The translations under genes were made by a program, and so were the position numbers. A DNA stretch of 64,000 bases from Schmidtea nova (taxonomy: Eukaryota): NCBI GenBank assembly GCA_044892505.1, contig CM097883.1:189658001-189722000 (forward strand). Reading direction: 5' to 3'. Positions 63,330 through 64,000 of the stretch are shown in pieces. Numbering within the stretch: the stretch's first letter is position 1; every line of letters starts with the position of its first letter. Below the pieces are notes generated by a model that saw only the letters and a program-made list of their open reading frames with translations, had not been told where the DNA came from and ran no database searches.

Positions 63330-63541
63330 ATATCAAAAATTCTCATAATGGTAAGACTATAGATCAAATTTTCTTTAAATAAGTACACAATATTTCGGCA
63401 CAGCTTTTATCAAGTGACAAAGGATGTGCTGAAATATTGTGTACTTGTTTAAAGAAATTTTGATCTAGTCTTACCATTATGGGATTTATTGATATTAATA
63501 TTAAAAAAAGATCAAAGATGAAACAAAAAGATAATTATGAT
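63330..63541. repeat. Palindromic element, copy C (longest arms, ~75 bp; 22-nt loop)
   Basis: Arms extend through aagtacacaatatttcggcaca / tgtgctgaaatattgtgtactt. Same tail as copies A and B. Confidence 0.85.
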
Positions 63542-64000
63542 TAAAATATTTGTTGTAATTTTTAAAAAATATTAACTTTTACAATTTTGATAAAAAATAT
63601 TTAAATAATATATATTAAGTCATATTTTCTTTGTATATTATTACAATATCATTTAAAAAGTAATAAAGCTATTTGATTTGGCAATATTTATAAATCGAAG
63701 ACACATTGCTATTGCAAATGATAATTATTACGGCATTAAGCAAACAAGTTCAGTTTATACAAAATATTAGACAGATAAAGTATGGGGAGTTATATAACCG
63801 ATATAAAACTGATTATAATAATCCGTAATTCTAATATAAATGCACATAAAATTATGATTATCGGTGGAATAATTATCAGGATAATAATAATAGTTTCACA
63901 GAGAAGCTAATAAAATTTAGTTAGAAGTAACGCATTTTAGTTAATAAAATTATTTACAAATACTGATTTATATTATATATTTATCTAACCAACAAAATAA

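Noticed and set aside
1-64000. Prokaryotic or viral origin of the window
   Set aside because: Spliceosomal introns, metazoan ankyrin and PXK architecture and eukaryotic TE families are present; no operon-like gene density.

Overview
AT-rich animal (eukaryotic) genomic DNA with many 39-60 nt GT-AG introns, (ATT)n tracts and 12 N-runs. A flatworm such as a planarian is plausible but not provable from this window. Two intron-rich host genes lie on the minus strand. The first is a PXK orthologue (PX domain + pseudokinase; start codon at 19047, exons traced to 1698). The second is a canonical ankyrin (last ~10 ANK repeats, ZU5-ZU5-UPA, death domain, long acidic tail; 61829 to 31268, 5' end outside the window). 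Introns and the intergenic block hold transposon debris: a near-intact DD34E Tc1/IS630-like element, five mariner copies or relics, hAT, pogo-, Harbinger- and piggyBac-like MITEs, a Penelope GIY-YIG fragment and a Gypsy integrase/LTR remnant. The most unusual items are: two decayed, intronless housekeeping-gene fragments (PSMD1/Rpn2 and CDP-DAG synthase) in LTR-retroelement context; an intronless atypical Pim-like kinase nested antisense in a PXK intron; a tandem array built from a PXK exon/donor junction; a palindromic repeat family whose core is inverted in one copy; and runs of symmetric phase-1 small exons in ankyrin. No rRNA, tRNA or CRISPR array was found. All family assignments come from motif recognition by eye, not database searches.
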